This document shows, one piece after another, positions 1 to 10,765 of a stretch of DNA of 64,000 nt. The position numbers and the translations under genes are program-made. Under the pieces are notes generated by a model. The model did not search any database and was not told the origin of the DNA. It worked only from the letters and a program-made list of their open reading frames with translations. Numbering within the stretch: position 1 is the first letter of the stretch; the number at the start of each line of letters is the position of its first letter. The stretch comes from an uncultured virus (IMG/VR IMGVR_UViG_3300010158_000053) (taxonomy: Duplodnaviria > Heunggongvirae > Uroviricota > Caudoviricetes). The stretch lies in IMG/VR virus record IMGVR_UViG_3300010158_000053, positions 1-64,000 of that record. One strand, written 5' to 3'.

Positions 1-1718
1 ACACCTTGCTGACCTTGACTCATTCTGTGTAGAGTATTCAGTTCGTCCATTAATGCTTTGCCTGCTTGTTGAACATCACTAGTATGTTTCATAACTTCAT
101 ATGCAGTATCAACTGCGGCTAACATTTGTTCTTTGCTAGGACTCCAACCCTTACCTGTCTTGGCAAAATAGTTCATCATTGCCGGCAGGGTCTTTATTAA
201 ATGTGCTCGATAATCTTCTGGATCATCCTGTTGACCTTCCGCCACACCTTTCTTTGCCTTGACAGGTTTTTGTAAACCCTGTTTGATCAGTTCCATTAAA
301 TTCATAGCATCTTTCTCGCTTATAGTTCCTGGCAAACCTTGCATAAATGTTTGCAAGTCACCTGCTACCGCTGCGGCTCTCATTTTGGTTCCACTCATTC
401 CACTAACATCGTCCGAATCTGGATCACGCTCGCCTGCTGATACCACTCTAAGCATGGCGTACTGATATTCTTTACCGTTGTAATCATTTAACAATTTTTC
501 AAAATTTGCTACACGATCTGAACCAGCTACCATGATCAACTCTTGATACTTGCCATTCAAAACCTTAGCAGCTTCAATGGGAGTTCTAACAGTGGCATCA
601 CAGGCTACGAAATTAACACCAGGAAACATCTTGCGCAAATATGCAATTTTTTGTTCAACTGACAGGGGATTTGACTTGTGATCTTGTGTTTTTGACACAT
701 AAATTGCATGATCTGCGCCTTGTTGTTCTGCTATGTGCTTGACACTAGTGATCAACAATTCGTGCCCAATTGTAGGAGGTTGAAAACGTCCAAATGCAAA
801 TACAATTTTCTTGTTGCCGTTTTCCATTAGGCTTCTAAATATGGATCTATTTTCCTTAAATGTCTGTTGTATCTTGGCCAATGCTGCTTCTTTACCAGCA
901 CCTTTGGCGGTTCCTACTTCGCCACTCTTAACAGATATCATACTGGCAAATACACCCTTCATACGTTCACCGCTGCGGGGATTACGAATGTTGCGCTTGC
1001 ATTGTTGTAGTAAATCGTCAAAGCCAGCAGTTAAATCATACTGAAATAATAATTTTTGAACGTCATTAAAGTTTTTACTTGACCACAGTACTTCTCTATT
1101 GGCCTGTTTGAATGTACCTGGTTCATATGTTACCCTGCGCAGTTGTAATTCAACTCCACTTAGATTAAATTCGTATTCTTGATCTTGCGACAAAGGCTCT
1201 TTAATTTTAATACCCAACTTTTGAAACAATATGGCAGGGTCTGTTTCAATAGTGGCAATCTTGGTCAGTCCTAAAATCAATCCCTGTTCTTCAGCAGGCA
1301 TATCTAAAAAACTTTGTTTGAAACTTGCTTCTGCTGCATCTAATGCGACAATGTTATCAACCTGTGCGCTATACCCTAATGCATCATCGTGATAACGAAC
1401 GCTGACCAATTCACCTGCATTGTATGTTCTTTTACCTGCGTGTTTGGCACTGCTAAAAGGTACAATAACAGTTTCAGGCATCTTAGTAAAAAATGCCTGA
1501 AGTTCTTTTTTGATGGTCGCTTTGTCTTTGTCGCTTTGAATATGAACAACTAGGTCAATGTCACCAAAATCTTGTTTGTTAGGATTGCTATTATAACTTC
1601 CACTTGGAGTCATACTAACAAAGCCTGGAAACTTTGATAGTAGGTGTTGATACGATGCCAAGAATTGTTTAAAGTCTTGACGACTTTTTACTCTATCTGC
1701 TCCTGCTACGCCGCTCAT
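1..1718 (-). CDS. Fusion of Pol-beta-type nucleotidyltransferase domain and HIGH-type cytidyltransferase-like domain (3' end outside window)
   Basis: ATG at 1718 overlaps upstream TAA (TAATG); reading gives MSGVAGADRV...GSYNSNPNKQDFGDIDL, then in frame FAFGRFQPPTIGH...VAGSDRV...SAGERDPD...MSGTKMR; no stop before window edge. Confidence 0.7.
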   Translation of the reverse strand, partial: MSGVAGADRVKSRQDFKQFLASYQHLLSKFPGFVSMTPSGSYNSNPNKQDFGDIDLVVHIQSDKDKATIKKELQAFFTKMPETVIVPFSSAKHAGKRTYNAGELVSVRYHDDALGYSAQVDNIVALDAAEASFKQSFLDMPAEEQGLILGLTKIATIETDPAILFQKLGIKIKEPLSQDQEYEFNLSGVELQLRRVTYEPGTFKQANREVLWSSKNFNDVQKLLFQYDLTAGFDDLLQQCKRNIRNPRSGERMKGVFASMISVKSGEVGTAKGAGKEAALAKIQQTFKENRSIFRSLMENGNKKIVFAFGRFQPPTIGHELLITSVKHIAEQQGADHAIYVSKTQDHKSNPLSVEQKIAYLRKMFPGVNFVACDATVRTPIEAAKVLNGKYQELIMVAGSDRVANFEKLLNDYNGKEYQYAMLRVVSAGERDPDSDDVSGMSGTKMRAAAVAGDLQTFMQGLPGTISEKDAMNLMELIKQGLQKPVKAKKGVAEGQQDDPEDYRAHLIKTLPAMMNYFAKTGKGWSPSKEQMLAAVDTAYEVMKHTSDVQQAGKALMDELNTLHRMSQGQQG

Positions 1719-2692
1719 TATTGTCTCACCTTTAATGCTGAATTGTCTGGGAGGAACTTGCCCGTTAGTCCCAATGCATCTTTACGTTTGCGCCATTCAT
1801 CTTGCATATCGTCTGGAATGTCTGCGCGAGTGCTGTCTAGGATTTTGAAGTAAATGTTTAACAATGTGCTGTATTCTTCAGGCTTCATTTTGGCTTTAAA
1901 TAGATTATGTAGTTTGTAATAATCTTCTGCATCTGCTTGGGTAATCTTAAATCCTAGTCGCTGACCTAATACCGCTAATGCACTGTCTGGATCGTGTGCA
2001 ATGATTTCGCCAGTGGATTTATCCTTGACTCCATTAACGTGATTAAAAGATAGTCCTGCTACTTGAAATGCAGCCAACATTAATTGTGTTCTATGTAGGC
2101 CCTTGATATTTGATTCTTTTGGATATGCTGCGGAATGATAACTAAACTTTAACCAATCTAAATTACCAATCATCCAATCAATTTGTACGCCACTTCCGAC
2201 GTGTTGTCCCTTGGCATCAATTTGTGGAAACAGTCCAAAGATGTTGCCATCAGTAACTTTCTTTTCATCACAATATAAACTAGGTGCGTGACTGTTGATA
2301 TGCAATGTTAACAATTTTAAGAACGCTTTCATACGACTTTGTTCTGGTGTGCTGCTACGGGCACGTTTTTGTAATGCTTCTGCTTCTGCTGCAACACCTG
2401 CTGGATCGATTCCCCAGGCTGCAATACTCGCATCACTCATTTCTTTGTCTAGTAACTCACTAGCACTAACACCTAAGTCAATGTCTCCGCTAACATCTTT
2501 CTTACCTACTGACCCTAGTGGAATAAAATGTTGGCTGTTAAATATGCCAGCCTTCTTTGGAAATATATGTTTTAATTCTGTAAAGTATGCAGCCAGCGTG
2601 GGCTCAATATCTTCACGTTTGATACTAGTAGTCTTACCTGCAAATACATTTCCGCCTTCCGTGAGGTAACTTAATAGTTCTGTTATTCTCAT
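1718..2692 (-). CDS. Nucleotidyltransferase (Pol beta superfamily)-like protein
   Basis: 324 aa; GSVGKKDVSGDIDL motif and later QIDWM acidic residue. Confidence 0.6.
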   Translation of the reverse strand: MRITELLSYLTEGGNVFAGKTTSIKREDIEPTLAAYFTELKHIFPKKAGIFNSQHFIPLGSVGKKDVSGDIDLGVSASELLDKEMSDASIAAWGIDPAGVAAEAEALQKRARSSTPEQSRMKAFLKLLTLHINSHAPSLYCDEKKVTDGNIFGLFPQIDAKGQHVGSGVQIDWMIGNLDWLKFSYHSAAYPKESNIKGLHRTQLMLAAFQVAGLSFNHVNGVKDKSTGEIIAHDPDSALAVLGQRLGFKITQADAEDYYKLHNLFKAKMKPEEYSTLLNIYFKILDSTRADIPDDMQDEWRKRKDALGLTGKFLPDNSALKVRQ

Positions 2693-2693
2693 T

Positions 2694-3071
2694 TTATGCC
2701 CCTATCTTATAATGTTTGCCACTGGTGATATCTTCTCGATAGTGGTCGTATAATCGTTCACACATTTCTTTCATTAGTTCTTTGTCAAAGTTATTTTCAA
2801 AATGTCCAGGTAATTTTTTTTGATGATAAAATTCTTTGCAGCCTTTTTCAACCATTGGCATAAATTCTTTGGTCATTTCTTCTTTGTCCAAAGTTTTATT
2901 TTTATGTGATTTATGAATCTTTGTTGCAATTGGGTGGAAGAAATCCTTATGCAATTTATCGTGGTCAATAATAAACCAGAATAGGTCATTATTCATATTA
3001 TTGTCGTCCTTGTTTTTTGCCATCGTTTTGTTGATGTCAACACCCTTGCCAAAGAATTCTCTTAAAAACAT
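2694..3071 (-). CDS. Hypothetical phage protein
   Basis: 125 aa ORF, AAGGA RBS, TAAATA motif upstream. Confidence 0.7.
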   Translation of the reverse strand: MFLREFFGKGVDINKTMAKNKDDNNMNNDLFWFIIDHDKLHKDFFHPIATKIHKSHKNKTLDKEEMTKEFMPMVEKGCKEFYHQKKLPGHFENNFDKELMKEMCERLYDHYREDITSGKHYKIGA

Positions 3072-3153
3072 ACTGGTTCCTTATTTCAATCGCAACTATA
3101 TATTACGATAGATATCCTATCGTGTATTTATTCAACTTTAACCAAATAGTTAA

Positions 3154-3576
3154 TTAGTGATTATATAGAACGGATTGAACTGTACCGGCGTCTAATTCAA
3201 CGCGGCTTCTAACCCAGACAAAGTTGCCGTAGAAATTAAAAACGCTTACTGTAGAGGTATTTTGCTCCATTGCTTGGTAACTAGTCATACTAAAACTAGT
3301 GCCATCAACTGGGAACCAATCAGTATCTTGTGGAGCTGTGGCAAGAGTAGCTTGCATAGTGACCGTGCCAACAAATGTGTTATTGCAAGTATATTGTACG
3401 GTGTGTAAACCTACACTGGAACCATAGTATCCATCACCTTTTTCTTTTTGGCTAATGAATACTAGGGTATTTGTACCACTATTGGGGTATACAACAGCTA
3501 CGCTACTGGTACTGTTATATATGGGAAATTCTAAGCCGATACTGAGTGCTGACATACTTGTTCCTGATCTAGACAA
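3154..3576 (-). CDS. Hypothetical beta-rich protein (possible virion protein); start may be the Met at 3555
   Basis: 140 aa, Ser/Thr/Val-rich; TAAATA motif just upstream. Confidence 0.6.
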   Translation of the reverse strand: MSRSGTSMSALSIGLEFPIYNSTSSVAVVYPNSGTNTLVFISQKEKGDGYYGSSVGLHTVQYTCNNTFVGTVTMQATLATAPQDTDWFPVDGTSFSMTSYQAMEQNTSTVSVFNFYGNFVWVRSRVELDAGTVQSVLYNH

Positions 3577-4247
3577 GTATTTATGCTAGAACGCAGGATA
3601 AATTCCTCAACCTTGTGTACGTTATGACCCATGAATAATCCAATCATAGCCAGTGTGGACGAATCTTCCACTAGGATATATGGATTTTGCTGCCATCCCT
3701 GTATAAACCAATTAACCGTTGATCTAGGAATCTTAATTTTGTCACCGTAATTATGACTCCAAGATTCAAATTGAACTTTGGTATTTGCATTACATTCTGA
3801 TTTAAAGTAGACCTTATATCGATATTTCTGATGCGGTAAAGTATTTCGAATAACTTTTTTTGCACCGTTGTTAGTGATATAATCAAACTCCAAGTCACTT
3901 GCTGGTTCATATACTTCAGCTATATAAGGTGTCAGTTCTTTTATGATAGAATTGTAAAGTTCTTTATCTTTACAATATATACTAAAAATACTTTGCTCTG
4001 CTCTGATTTGTATTTCTTTGTCCAAGAATGGAATCAAGGACCTTGTGAATTTTAACAGGCGTGGTTTATCAACTTGTCTACGCTTGGCAGGCCACCCTAC
4101 AATACCGTTACTTTTATTGTGACAGAAGTTTAAAGTTTCCGCAACACTGGTCCGTTTGATTCTCCACGATCCTTCAACGTTGCACCTAATTTTATAAGGC
4201 CACTTGCCGTAAAACAATTTAGATGTTGCTTGCTTGTTGTATGTCAT
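3531..4247 (-). CDS. Hypothetical protein
   Basis: 238 aa ORF overlapping clpA end. Confidence 0.7.
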   Translation of the reverse strand: MTYNKQATSKLFYGKWPYKIRCNVEGSWRIKRTSVAETLNFCHNKSNGIVGWPAKRRQVDKPRLLKFTRSLIPFLDKEIQIRAEQSIFSIYCKDKELYNSIIKELTPYIAEVYEPASDLEFDYITNNGAKKVIRNTLPHQKYRYKVYFKSECNANTKVQFESWSHNYGDKIKIPRSTVNWFIQGWQQNPYILVEDSSTLAMIGLFMGHNVHKVEEFILRSSINTCLDQEQVCQHSVSA

Positions 4248-6489
4248 TTTTAACCTTTACTACTGGCAGGGGATCAATAAAGTTCAACTTTAATTTGTTA
4301 TCATCAAGTGTAATTTCAACTACCCCGCCATTAGTTAACTTACCAAATAAAATCTCTTTGCTTAATGGTTTCTTAATCATGTCATCAATAGTACGTTGTA
4401 ATGGACGTGCGCCCATTTTACTATCAAAGCCTTTATTAACTAGGTACTCTAATGCATCGTTAGTAGGTTTAACGTGAATGTTTTTATCCTTAACTAGTGC
4501 ATTGAGTTCACCGATAAACTTCTTAACAATAAGAATCATTGTGGTCTTGTCTAATTTGCCAAAGCGGATAACACCATCTAACCGATTGCGAAACTCTGGA
4601 GCAAAGAACTTGCTAACAGCATCTTTGGGATCACTGTCACGTTCCAAACTACCAAAACCCACTGCATTTTTTTCAGCATCAGCTGCACCCAAATTACTTG
4701 TCATAATGATAATAGCATTGCGACCATCTGCTTTCTTACCATTACTACCAGTTATAAATCCATTATCCATCAATTGCAACATAACAGTTAGCACATCTGG
4801 GTGAGCCTTTTCAACTTCGTCTAACAATAGAACACAGTTAGGATTCTCTTGCAAACTTGTAATCAGTTGTCCAGCATTGTCGTCAAAGCCAACATATCCT
4901 GGGGGAGCACCGATAAACTTGGCCACACTATGTTTCTCTTGGAACTCGCTCATATCAAAGCGAACAAGTTTTGTTCCCATATTAGATGCAAGTTGTTTAG
5001 CCGCTTCTGTTTTACCAACACCCGTGGGGCCAACAAATAGAAAACTACCAACTGGTTTGTTTAAAGATTTTAATCCAGACTGTGCAATAAACACCTTGTC
5101 CAACAAACTTTCAATAGCAGTTTCTTGGCCATATACTTTGGCCTTCATATTCTTTTCTAGGTTAGCTAAATTAGTATTGTCTTTATTGCTTAATTGTTCC
5201 AATGGAATGTTAGCAATCTTACTGATCTCAAACAAGATTTCAGCATGGTCAACTGTTCCACCTTCTTCGTCACGTACTTTAAAACGAGCACAGGCGCAGT
5301 CAATCAAATCAATTGCCTTGTCAGGTAACTTCTTATCAGTCATATATTTGACACTGTACTTAACTGAGTCAATGATTGCTTGATTAGTAATCTTAACACC
5401 GTGATGTTTTTCGTAATACTTTTTAAGACCTTTCATAATCTTAACAGCAGTTGCTTCATTGGGCTCGTCAATAGTGACACGTTGGAAACGGCGCATCAAT
5501 GCACGATCTTTTTCAAAGTGTTTACGATATTCTTCCCACGTTGTACTGGCAATAACTTTGATCTTGCCGCGGCCCAATGTTGATTTAAGCATATTAGCCA
5601 TATCATTGCTGCCGCCGCCACTAGTACCAGCACCATTCATCATATGTGCTTCGTCAATAAACAGAATACAGTTGCCTTTCTTTTCAAGGCCACCAATAAC
5701 TGCTTTCAATCGTTCTTCAAAATCACCACGATATTTACTGCCTGCCAACAATGCACTGATATCCAAACTATAAACAGTATGTTCTTGGATAAATTTAGGT
5801 ACAGTATTTTCTACAATTTTGCGAGCAAGGCCTTCTGCAATAGCAGTCTTACCAACACCTGGATCACCAATCAAAATTGCATTAGCTTTTGTACGGCGAG
5901 CCAATACCAATTCAATTTCTTCAATCTCTTTATCTCGACCAATAACTGGGTCAATTTTTTTACTCTTAGCTTTGGCAGTTAAATCAGTACAGAATTGAGT
6001 AATCATTCGAGCAATTTGGGGATTAACATTCTTTTCTTCTTCAACAACTTCTTCACGTGCCGATTCTTTGTTTAAGAATGTAATAAACTTATCTTTATCA
6101 ATGTTGGCTTTGTTAATAAAGAAGTTTGCGTGACTTTTCTTTTCACTAAACATACTGATAAAACAATCAACAGGTTCAATAATCTGACGTCCGCTGAATA
6201 GTACTTGGGTAAACGCACGATTCAACATACGATCCAGTATATCAGTTTTCTTAGGTTTTTCTACGTCAGGATTTACAATGTCACCTAATTCGTTTTCAAT
6301 ATATAATTCAACGTCTTGCTTTAGCTGAGTAATATCGGCACCAAAAGAAGTTAATATAGCTGTGAATGATTCATTGTTCAGCATACTATACAAAAAATGC
6401 TCCAGTGTAATGTACTCGTGGTTATTAACACCAGCTACATTAATTGCATTTTCAAAGATTTGTTCCAGATCTTTATTTGGTTCCAACAT
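4219..6489 (-). CDS. clpA: ATP-dependent Clp protease ATPase subunit ClpA
   Basis: Clp N domain (HEYITLEH), two Walker A motifs ([16 protein letters not shown]), GAPPGYVG pore loop, VGF ClpP-binding loop, no ClpB middle domain, 756 aa. Confidence 0.92.
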   Translation of the reverse strand: MLEPNKDLEQIFENAINVAGVNNHEYITLEHFLYSMLNNESFTAILTSFGADITQLKQDVELYIENELGDIVNPDVEKPKKTDILDRMLNRAFTQVLFSGRQIIEPVDCFISMFSEKKSHANFFINKANIDKDKFITFLNKESAREEVVEEEKNVNPQIARMITQFCTDLTAKAKSKKIDPVIGRDKEIEEIELVLARRTKANAILIGDPGVGKTAIAEGLARKIVENTVPKFIQEHTVYSLDISALLAGSKYRGDFEERLKAVIGGLEKKGNCILFIDEAHMMNGAGTSGGGSNDMANMLKSTLGRGKIKVIASTTWEEYRKHFEKDRALMRRFQRVTIDEPNEATAVKIMKGLKKYYEKHHGVKITNQAIIDSVKYSVKYMTDKKLPDKAIDLIDCACARFKVRDEEGGTVDHAEILFEISKIANIPLEQLSNKDNTNLANLEKNMKAKVYGQETAIESLLDKVFIAQSGLKSLNKPVGSFLFVGPTGVGKTEAAKQLASNMGTKLVRFDMSEFQEKHSVAKFIGAPPGYVGFDDNAGQLITSLQENPNCVLLLDEVEKAHPDVLTVMLQLMDNGFITGSNGKKADGRNAIIIMTSNLGAADAEKNAVGFGSLERDSDPKDAVSKFFAPEFRNRLDGVIRFGKLDKTTMILIVKKFIGELNALVKDKNIHVKPTNDALEYLVNKGFDSKMGARPLQRTIDDMIKKPLSKEILFGKLTNGGVVEITLDDNKLKLNFIDPLPVVKVKNDIQQASNI

Positions 6490-6989
6490 TATTTAAATTT
6501 CCTATTTTTAAGTTTCTTAACTGCCATAGCCCATTTTAAGGGGCTAATCCTATCTTTAAACACAATGCCTTCTAAATGATCCAATTCGTGAAGAAAGCAT
6601 TTACAATTATATCCGTCAAATTCTGATTCTTGCCATTCACCTTTACTATTTTGCCACCGAGCCTTAATTGCTGTGGGACGTTTAATATTAACATAGATAC
6701 CGGGAAAACTCAAACATCCTTCTTCCAAATCTTCGATAGTATCAGTTGTTGCTACTACGATTGGATTGAAAAATGCCTGTGCCAATTCAGGAGTTGCCTT
6801 GTGTCCCATAACAAAGACACGCAAAGGCAGTCCAACTTGTGTTGCTGCAAGTCCAATCCCATCATTAGCCAACATAGTTTCTATGAGCTCCTGTTCTAAT
6901 TTAACTGGATCTAAGACACAATTCTCAAAATCAAATTCTTCAGTTTTTTCTCGAAGCATATTATCAGGAAATTTTACAATGTTTAACAT
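6489..6989 (-). CDS. def: Peptide deformylase
   Basis: GIGLAATQVG, EGCLS, HELDHLEG motifs. Confidence 0.95.
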   Translation of the reverse strand: MLNIVKFPDNMLREKTEEFDFENCVLDPVKLEQELIETMLANDGIGLAATQVGLPLRVFVMGHKATPELAQAFFNPIVVATTDTIEDLEEGCLSFPGIYVNIKRPTAIKARWQNSKGEWQESEFDGYNCKCFLHELDHLEGIVFKDRISPLKWAMAVKKLKNRKFK

Positions 6990-6997
6990 AGTTTTAT

Positions 6998-7831
6998 TTA
7001 AATGGTTAGTTGTTTCAACAGTTCTTTTTGCGTATCTGTAAAGTTGGTTGGTATAGTGATATTAATGCTTAATAGCATACGACCTTTAAATCTATTATCA
7101 TTTACTTTGGGCATTCCATAACCAGCAGCCGCAAGTATTTGTCCGTGCTGTGTACCTGGCGGAATTTTGATATCTAATAGTGCACCGTTTATGGCGGATA
7201 TTTGAACAGTCTTGCCTAGTATTGCATCAATACAATTAACGTCTATTGTGCGAACTAAGTCATCGCCTTGTCTACCAAAGGTGTGATGTTGTTGTACTTG
7301 TACAGTTAGATGTATATCACCTCTAGGAGCATTGGGCACACTATCATCGCCCATACCTGCCAGTCGCAATGTCATCCCGTCACTAATGCCCGCAGGAATT
7401 TTAATTTCTAAAACTTGATCTCGGCCAGTTGGTAGTTGAAGATTGGCAATCATATCCTTACCGTTAAATGCTTCTTCCAAAGTAATAACAGTTTGGATAT
7501 TCAATATTCTATTTCTGGCCTGTTGCTGTGGCCTCTGCCCAAACATATTTCCAAAAGGATGCCCGCCACCGCCAAACATTTGTCCAAAGATATCTTCAAA
7601 GCCTGGGGGCATTCCGCCACCAAACCCGCCATTGAATTGTGGTTGAGGATTATCGTATTGTGCCCGCTTGTCCGGATCACTTAATGTGCGATATGCTTCC
7701 TCCACTTCTTGAAACTTTTTGGTATCCCCGCCTTTATCCGGATGATGCTGGCTAGCCAACTTACGATATGCACGTTTGATATCGTCTGGACTTGAATTTT
7801 TATTGACGCCTAAGGTATTGTAATGATCCAT
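6998..7831 (-). CDS. DnaJ-class (CbpA-like, no Zn finger) co-chaperone
   Basis: J domain with HPD, G/F-rich linker, DnaJ C-terminal domain. Confidence 0.9.
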   Translation of the reverse strand: MDHYNTLGVNKNSSPDDIKRAYRKLASQHHPDKGGDTKKFQEVEEAYRTLSDPDKRAQYDNPQPQFNGGFGGGMPPGFEDIFGQMFGGGGHPFGNMFGQRPQQQARNRILNIQTVITLEEAFNGKDMIANLQLPTGRDQVLEIKIPAGISDGMTLRLAGMGDDSVPNAPRGDIHLTVQVQQHHTFGRQGDDLVRTIDVNCIDAILGKTVQISAINGALLDIKIPPGTQHGQILAAAGYGMPKVNDNRFKGRMLLSINITIPTNFTDTQKELLKQLTI

Positions 7832-7852
7832 AATAGAAAAAAGGTATAGTAA

Positions 7853-7881
7853 ATTATACTATACCTTTTAACAGTAGTCAA
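7853..7881 (-). promoter_or_regulatory. sigma70-type promoter for dnaJ-def-clpA
   Basis: TTGACT-N17-TATAAT. Confidence 0.75.
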
Positions 7882-7887
7882 GTAAAA

Positions 7888-8094
7888 TTATTTCTTAACT
7901 GGAACTACATCGGAGCCTTCTAACTTTTTATGAACTTTGATTGTTTTGCAATCTTGTGCTGGTTTGCCAGTTTTTTTGTCCATCACAGGCTTGCCTGCTT
8001 TGTCCATTTTATCGTGGCATACTTGTTTTGTTTCTGCTTCAGCAAATGCGGTAGTTGCCAATGTAAATGCTAATAATGCTAATATTTTTTTCAT
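7888..8094 (-). CDS. Small secreted protein
   Basis: Signal peptide MKKILALLAFTLATTAFA, two Cys. Confidence 0.7.
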   Translation of the reverse strand: MKKILALLAFTLATTAFAEAETKQVCHDKMDKAGKPVMDKKTGKPAQDCKTIKVHKKLEGSDVVPVKK

Positions 8095-8095
8095 G

Positions 8096-8239
8096 TTATC
8101 TCCAAAAGAATAGTAATGTTTTTAATTTGTCAATATACTTTTGCAAGTATTTTTCTTGAAAAGTTTTTGCATAAATTGGCTGTGGAAAATTCCATCCAAT
8201 AAATGCGCCAACCATAATCCAAAATAGTGTTTCTAACAT
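8096..8239 (-). CDS. Small membrane protein (47 aa)
   Basis: MLETLFWIMVGAFIGWNFPQP...; AAGGA RBS; fills gap between genes. Confidence 0.6.
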   Translation of the reverse strand: MLETLFWIMVGAFIGWNFPQPIYAKTFQEKYLQKYIDKLKTLLFFWR

Positions 8240-8248
8240 AAGTGTTCC

Positions 8249-8884
8249 TTATAATACTGGATCTATTTGTGGAGCAGGAGCAGGTTTGCCCCCAAATCCT
8301 GTTACGACTGCTGGGGTTGTTGACGCCGCTGCAATTGGGGTCGTTCCCCAACTTGGTGCTGGTGCAACTGCTGCTCCGGTCGCTGGTGAACCAAAACCAC
8401 CGGAGTTGCCGAAGCCTCCTGCTGACGGAGTGCCAAATGCTGAAGTCCCGCCCCCAAATCCTGTTGTTGGTACCGTTGAGTTGCCATTGCCAAATCCTCC
8501 TGTACTCATGGTGTTACCGCCTAATGGCATACCACCGCTGCCAAAACCGCCACTCATAGCCCCGCTAGGTTGTGTAACAGTTTGAGTAGTCGCTGTTGGG
8601 TTAGCAGCAGTGCCTGCTAATTTTTCTTGTGTACGACCAAATGCACTGATACCTAATACTGCACCCATTGCAATGTGGAATAATCCAGCACCTTGAAGTG
8701 TTAACGGATTCCATTGTGTGATGGGCATATGCATTGTGGCCTGTAGCAGGCTCCATAAGACTGGAAATACTGCCATGTCTAATAGACAAATTAGCATATA
8801 CATCCACCCCATCATTGGACGCCATAGGTTTTGCATCCAATTAGGATCTTTTTTACTTTGTTCTTGTTCTTGTTCGTCTGCCAT
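8249..8884 (-). CDS. Putative holin-like membrane protein with Gly-rich tail
   Basis: WRPMMGWMY motif and two hydrophobic segments, resembling 3TM/GTA-type holins; near endolysin. Confidence 0.55.
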   Translation of the reverse strand: MADEQEQEQSKKDPNWMQNLWRPMMGWMYMLICLLDMAVFPVLWSLLQATMHMPITQWNPLTLQGAGLFHIAMGAVLGISAFGRTQEKLAGTAANPTATTQTVTQPSGAMSGGFGSGGMPLGGNTMSTGGFGNGNSTVPTTGFGGGTSAFGTPSAGGFGNSGGFGSPATGAAVAPAPSWGTTPIAAASTTPAVVTGFGGKPAPAPQIDPVL

Positions 8885-8897
8885 TTGTTGCTCCTAA

Positions 8898-9482
8898 TTA
8901 AAACCAAAGAAATAAACCGTTTAGGCTCAATACTAGGCCTAATCCTGCTACTACAAAACTACCCCAAAACAGCGGCATACTAACGGCAAGAATACTTGCG
9001 GATAGCAATACAATTGCCAACTGGTATGCTGTGCTGGCATATCCAATCCAAGGGCTGCGTGTTTTAGCATCTTCACGTTCTGCTTCTAATGTTTTTGCTT
9101 TGATTAATAAATCTTTCTTACCTTCTTTAGGTTCATTCTCATATTTGTCAATCTTAGCAGCCATTTCCGCAGCGCGGGCTTTGTCGCCATTGCGTTGTGC
9201 GTCATACAAGTTTTGTTCTGCTAGACTTTGTTTAATGCTTTTTGCTTGGTAGAAACTATAAGTGTCGTTGGCCTTAATAGTGTTATTAAGAACGGTGCTA
9301 CCCAACTTGCCACCATACCAAGAATTAATTGCTAGACATAGTGCAAAGATATTAATAACCATACCCGCTTTGTCTTTGATCTTTGCTTCACGTTCGCTAC
9401 GGCTACCTGCTGGTGGCTTTGGTGCGTCTGGGTCTTTTGGAGTTTTAGTGACCAACCCCAATACTGAATCTAATAATGCCAT
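8898..9482 (-). CDS. Membrane protein (DUF4337-like)
   Basis: Three TM segments and YSFYQAKSIK motif. Confidence 0.55.
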   Translation of the reverse strand: MALLDSVLGLVTKTPKDPDAPKPPAGSRSEREAKIKDKAGMVINIFALCLAINSWYGGKLGSTVLNNTIKANDTYSFYQAKSIKQSLAEQNLYDAQRNGDKARAAEMAAKIDKYENEPKEGKKDLLIKAKTLEAEREDAKTRSPWIGYASTAYQLAIVLLSASILAVSMPLFWGSFVVAGLGLVLSLNGLFLWF

Positions 9483-9485
9483 TTG

Positions 9486-10100
9486 TTATGCTCCTAAAAT
9501 GTATAATGCGTGTTGATAGTGTTTGATACGATCATCTAAACCAAGAGTACCACCGTTAATACGTTTGGTCATTGTTAAAATATCGCCCGAGTCTGCGTAT
9601 TGATTTAAATTGTTTGCTTCCCAGAACCAGCAAGCACTTTGTACACATCCTTCAAATGTTTTCAAATACTCACTGGCATCATCAATACTAATTTGTATGC
9701 TATCAGCAAACGCTTGATAGTTACTGCGTCCAGTTAATTGTATCAATCCACGACCACAGAATTTCCAGCCGTCGCCGCTTTCTTCTGGACCGTTACCCAT
9801 ACGCCCGCCGTATGCTCGATTGGCGATTGCTTCTTGATTGTGTGCATATTGTGCAGCATTTCCTGCATTAAAATATCTTGGCCAAACTTTGCAGAGACTT
9901 TCTGCTTTATAATTTAAGTTTTCTTTGATTGCTGTGAAACTGCCACTTTCGTGGGCACATTGAGCAAGAAATGCTGCAATACGTTGTGGTGTGTTAATTT
10001 CATAGTCTGGCAATGCTTGACTTAATGCATCAAACCAGTGATCCAGATAAGGATTTCCTGGTATAAGTTTTGATAGTTGTTCTTTTGTTAGTGTTGTCAT
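9486..10100 (-). CDS. Endolysin, glycoside hydrolase family 19
   Basis: AAFLAQCAHES, ENLNY, GRGLIQLTG, TKRINGG motifs. Confidence 0.88.
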   Translation of the reverse strand: MTTLTKEQLSKLIPGNPYLDHWFDALSQALPDYEINTPQRIAAFLAQCAHESGSFTAIKENLNYKAESLCKVWPRYFNAGNAAQYAHNQEAIANRAYGGRMGNGPEESGDGWKFCGRGLIQLTGRSNYQAFADSIQISIDDASEYLKTFEGCVQSACWFWEANNLNQYADSGDILTMTKRINGGTLGLDDRIKHYQHALYILGA

Positions 10101-10106
10101 AGTGTG

Positions 10107-10367
10107 TTATCCTGCTAAACTTGCTAAATTGATTAAACCATTTATAGCAGTATTTAACATTTCTAGGCGAGATAAATCGTTCATACTTTGGTTAATTCTT
10201 GCTTGGATAGCAAGATCTGCTATTGCTTGTTGATACTCATCTTTGCTAAGTTGTCCCTGCTTAAACATTTCTGTATATTGTTGGGCATTACTTGCTGCTT
10301 CTCGTATGGCAGGATCTGGACTTGCATATGCTTGTCCTAATAATTGTTGATTATGTTCTACAGTCAT
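10107..10367 (-). CDS. Hypothetical helical protein
   Basis: 86 aa, ATGA-coupled to upstream lipoprotein. Confidence 0.7.
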   Translation of the reverse strand: MTVEHNQQLLGQAYASPDPAIREAASNAQQYTEMFKQGQLSKDEYQQAIADLAIQARINQSMNDLSRLEMLNTAINGLINLASLAG

Positions 10368-10765
10368 CTTGGTCTACTCCCTATAACTTTTTGCATTTTA
10401 TCAGCACTAGATTCAACAGCAGTGAATTTAATTTTACAAAATCCCGGACTTACTCGGGCTTTGCTATATTGATCAGCCAGGCCTTGCGCTAATGTATGTA
10501 AATCTTTGCTTGCACTTATGACATCGTCATTTCGTGGAACGTGTTCGCTGTATAAAACAAATAACTGTGTATCATTTGCCAATTTAACAGCATTTAGTTT
10601 ACTTTGATCGGCATCGTCGCACTGTGCTTTGAATAATTGGGCTTCGGCCCTAACATCTGTGATTAATTTGTATTCATTAGGATCATAGTGCGTCATTAGG
10701 TACGCATCTAATACAGTACATCCTGATAATAATGTTGCTACTATAATTGCTAAAAACTTATTCAT
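10364..10765 (-). CDS. Lipoprotein
   Basis: Lipobox LLSGC after signal peptide. Confidence 0.7.
   Translation of the reverse strand: MNKFLAIIVATLLSGCTVLDAYLMTHYDPNEYKLITDVRAEAQLFKAQCDDADQSKLNAVKLANDTQLFVLYSEHVPRNDDVISASKDLHTLAQGLADQYSKARVSPGFCKIKFTAVESSADKMQKVIGSRPR

Noticed and set aside
4219..6489. ClpB or ClpC assignment
   Set aside because: No coiled-coil middle domain; length and ClpP-binding loop fit ClpA.
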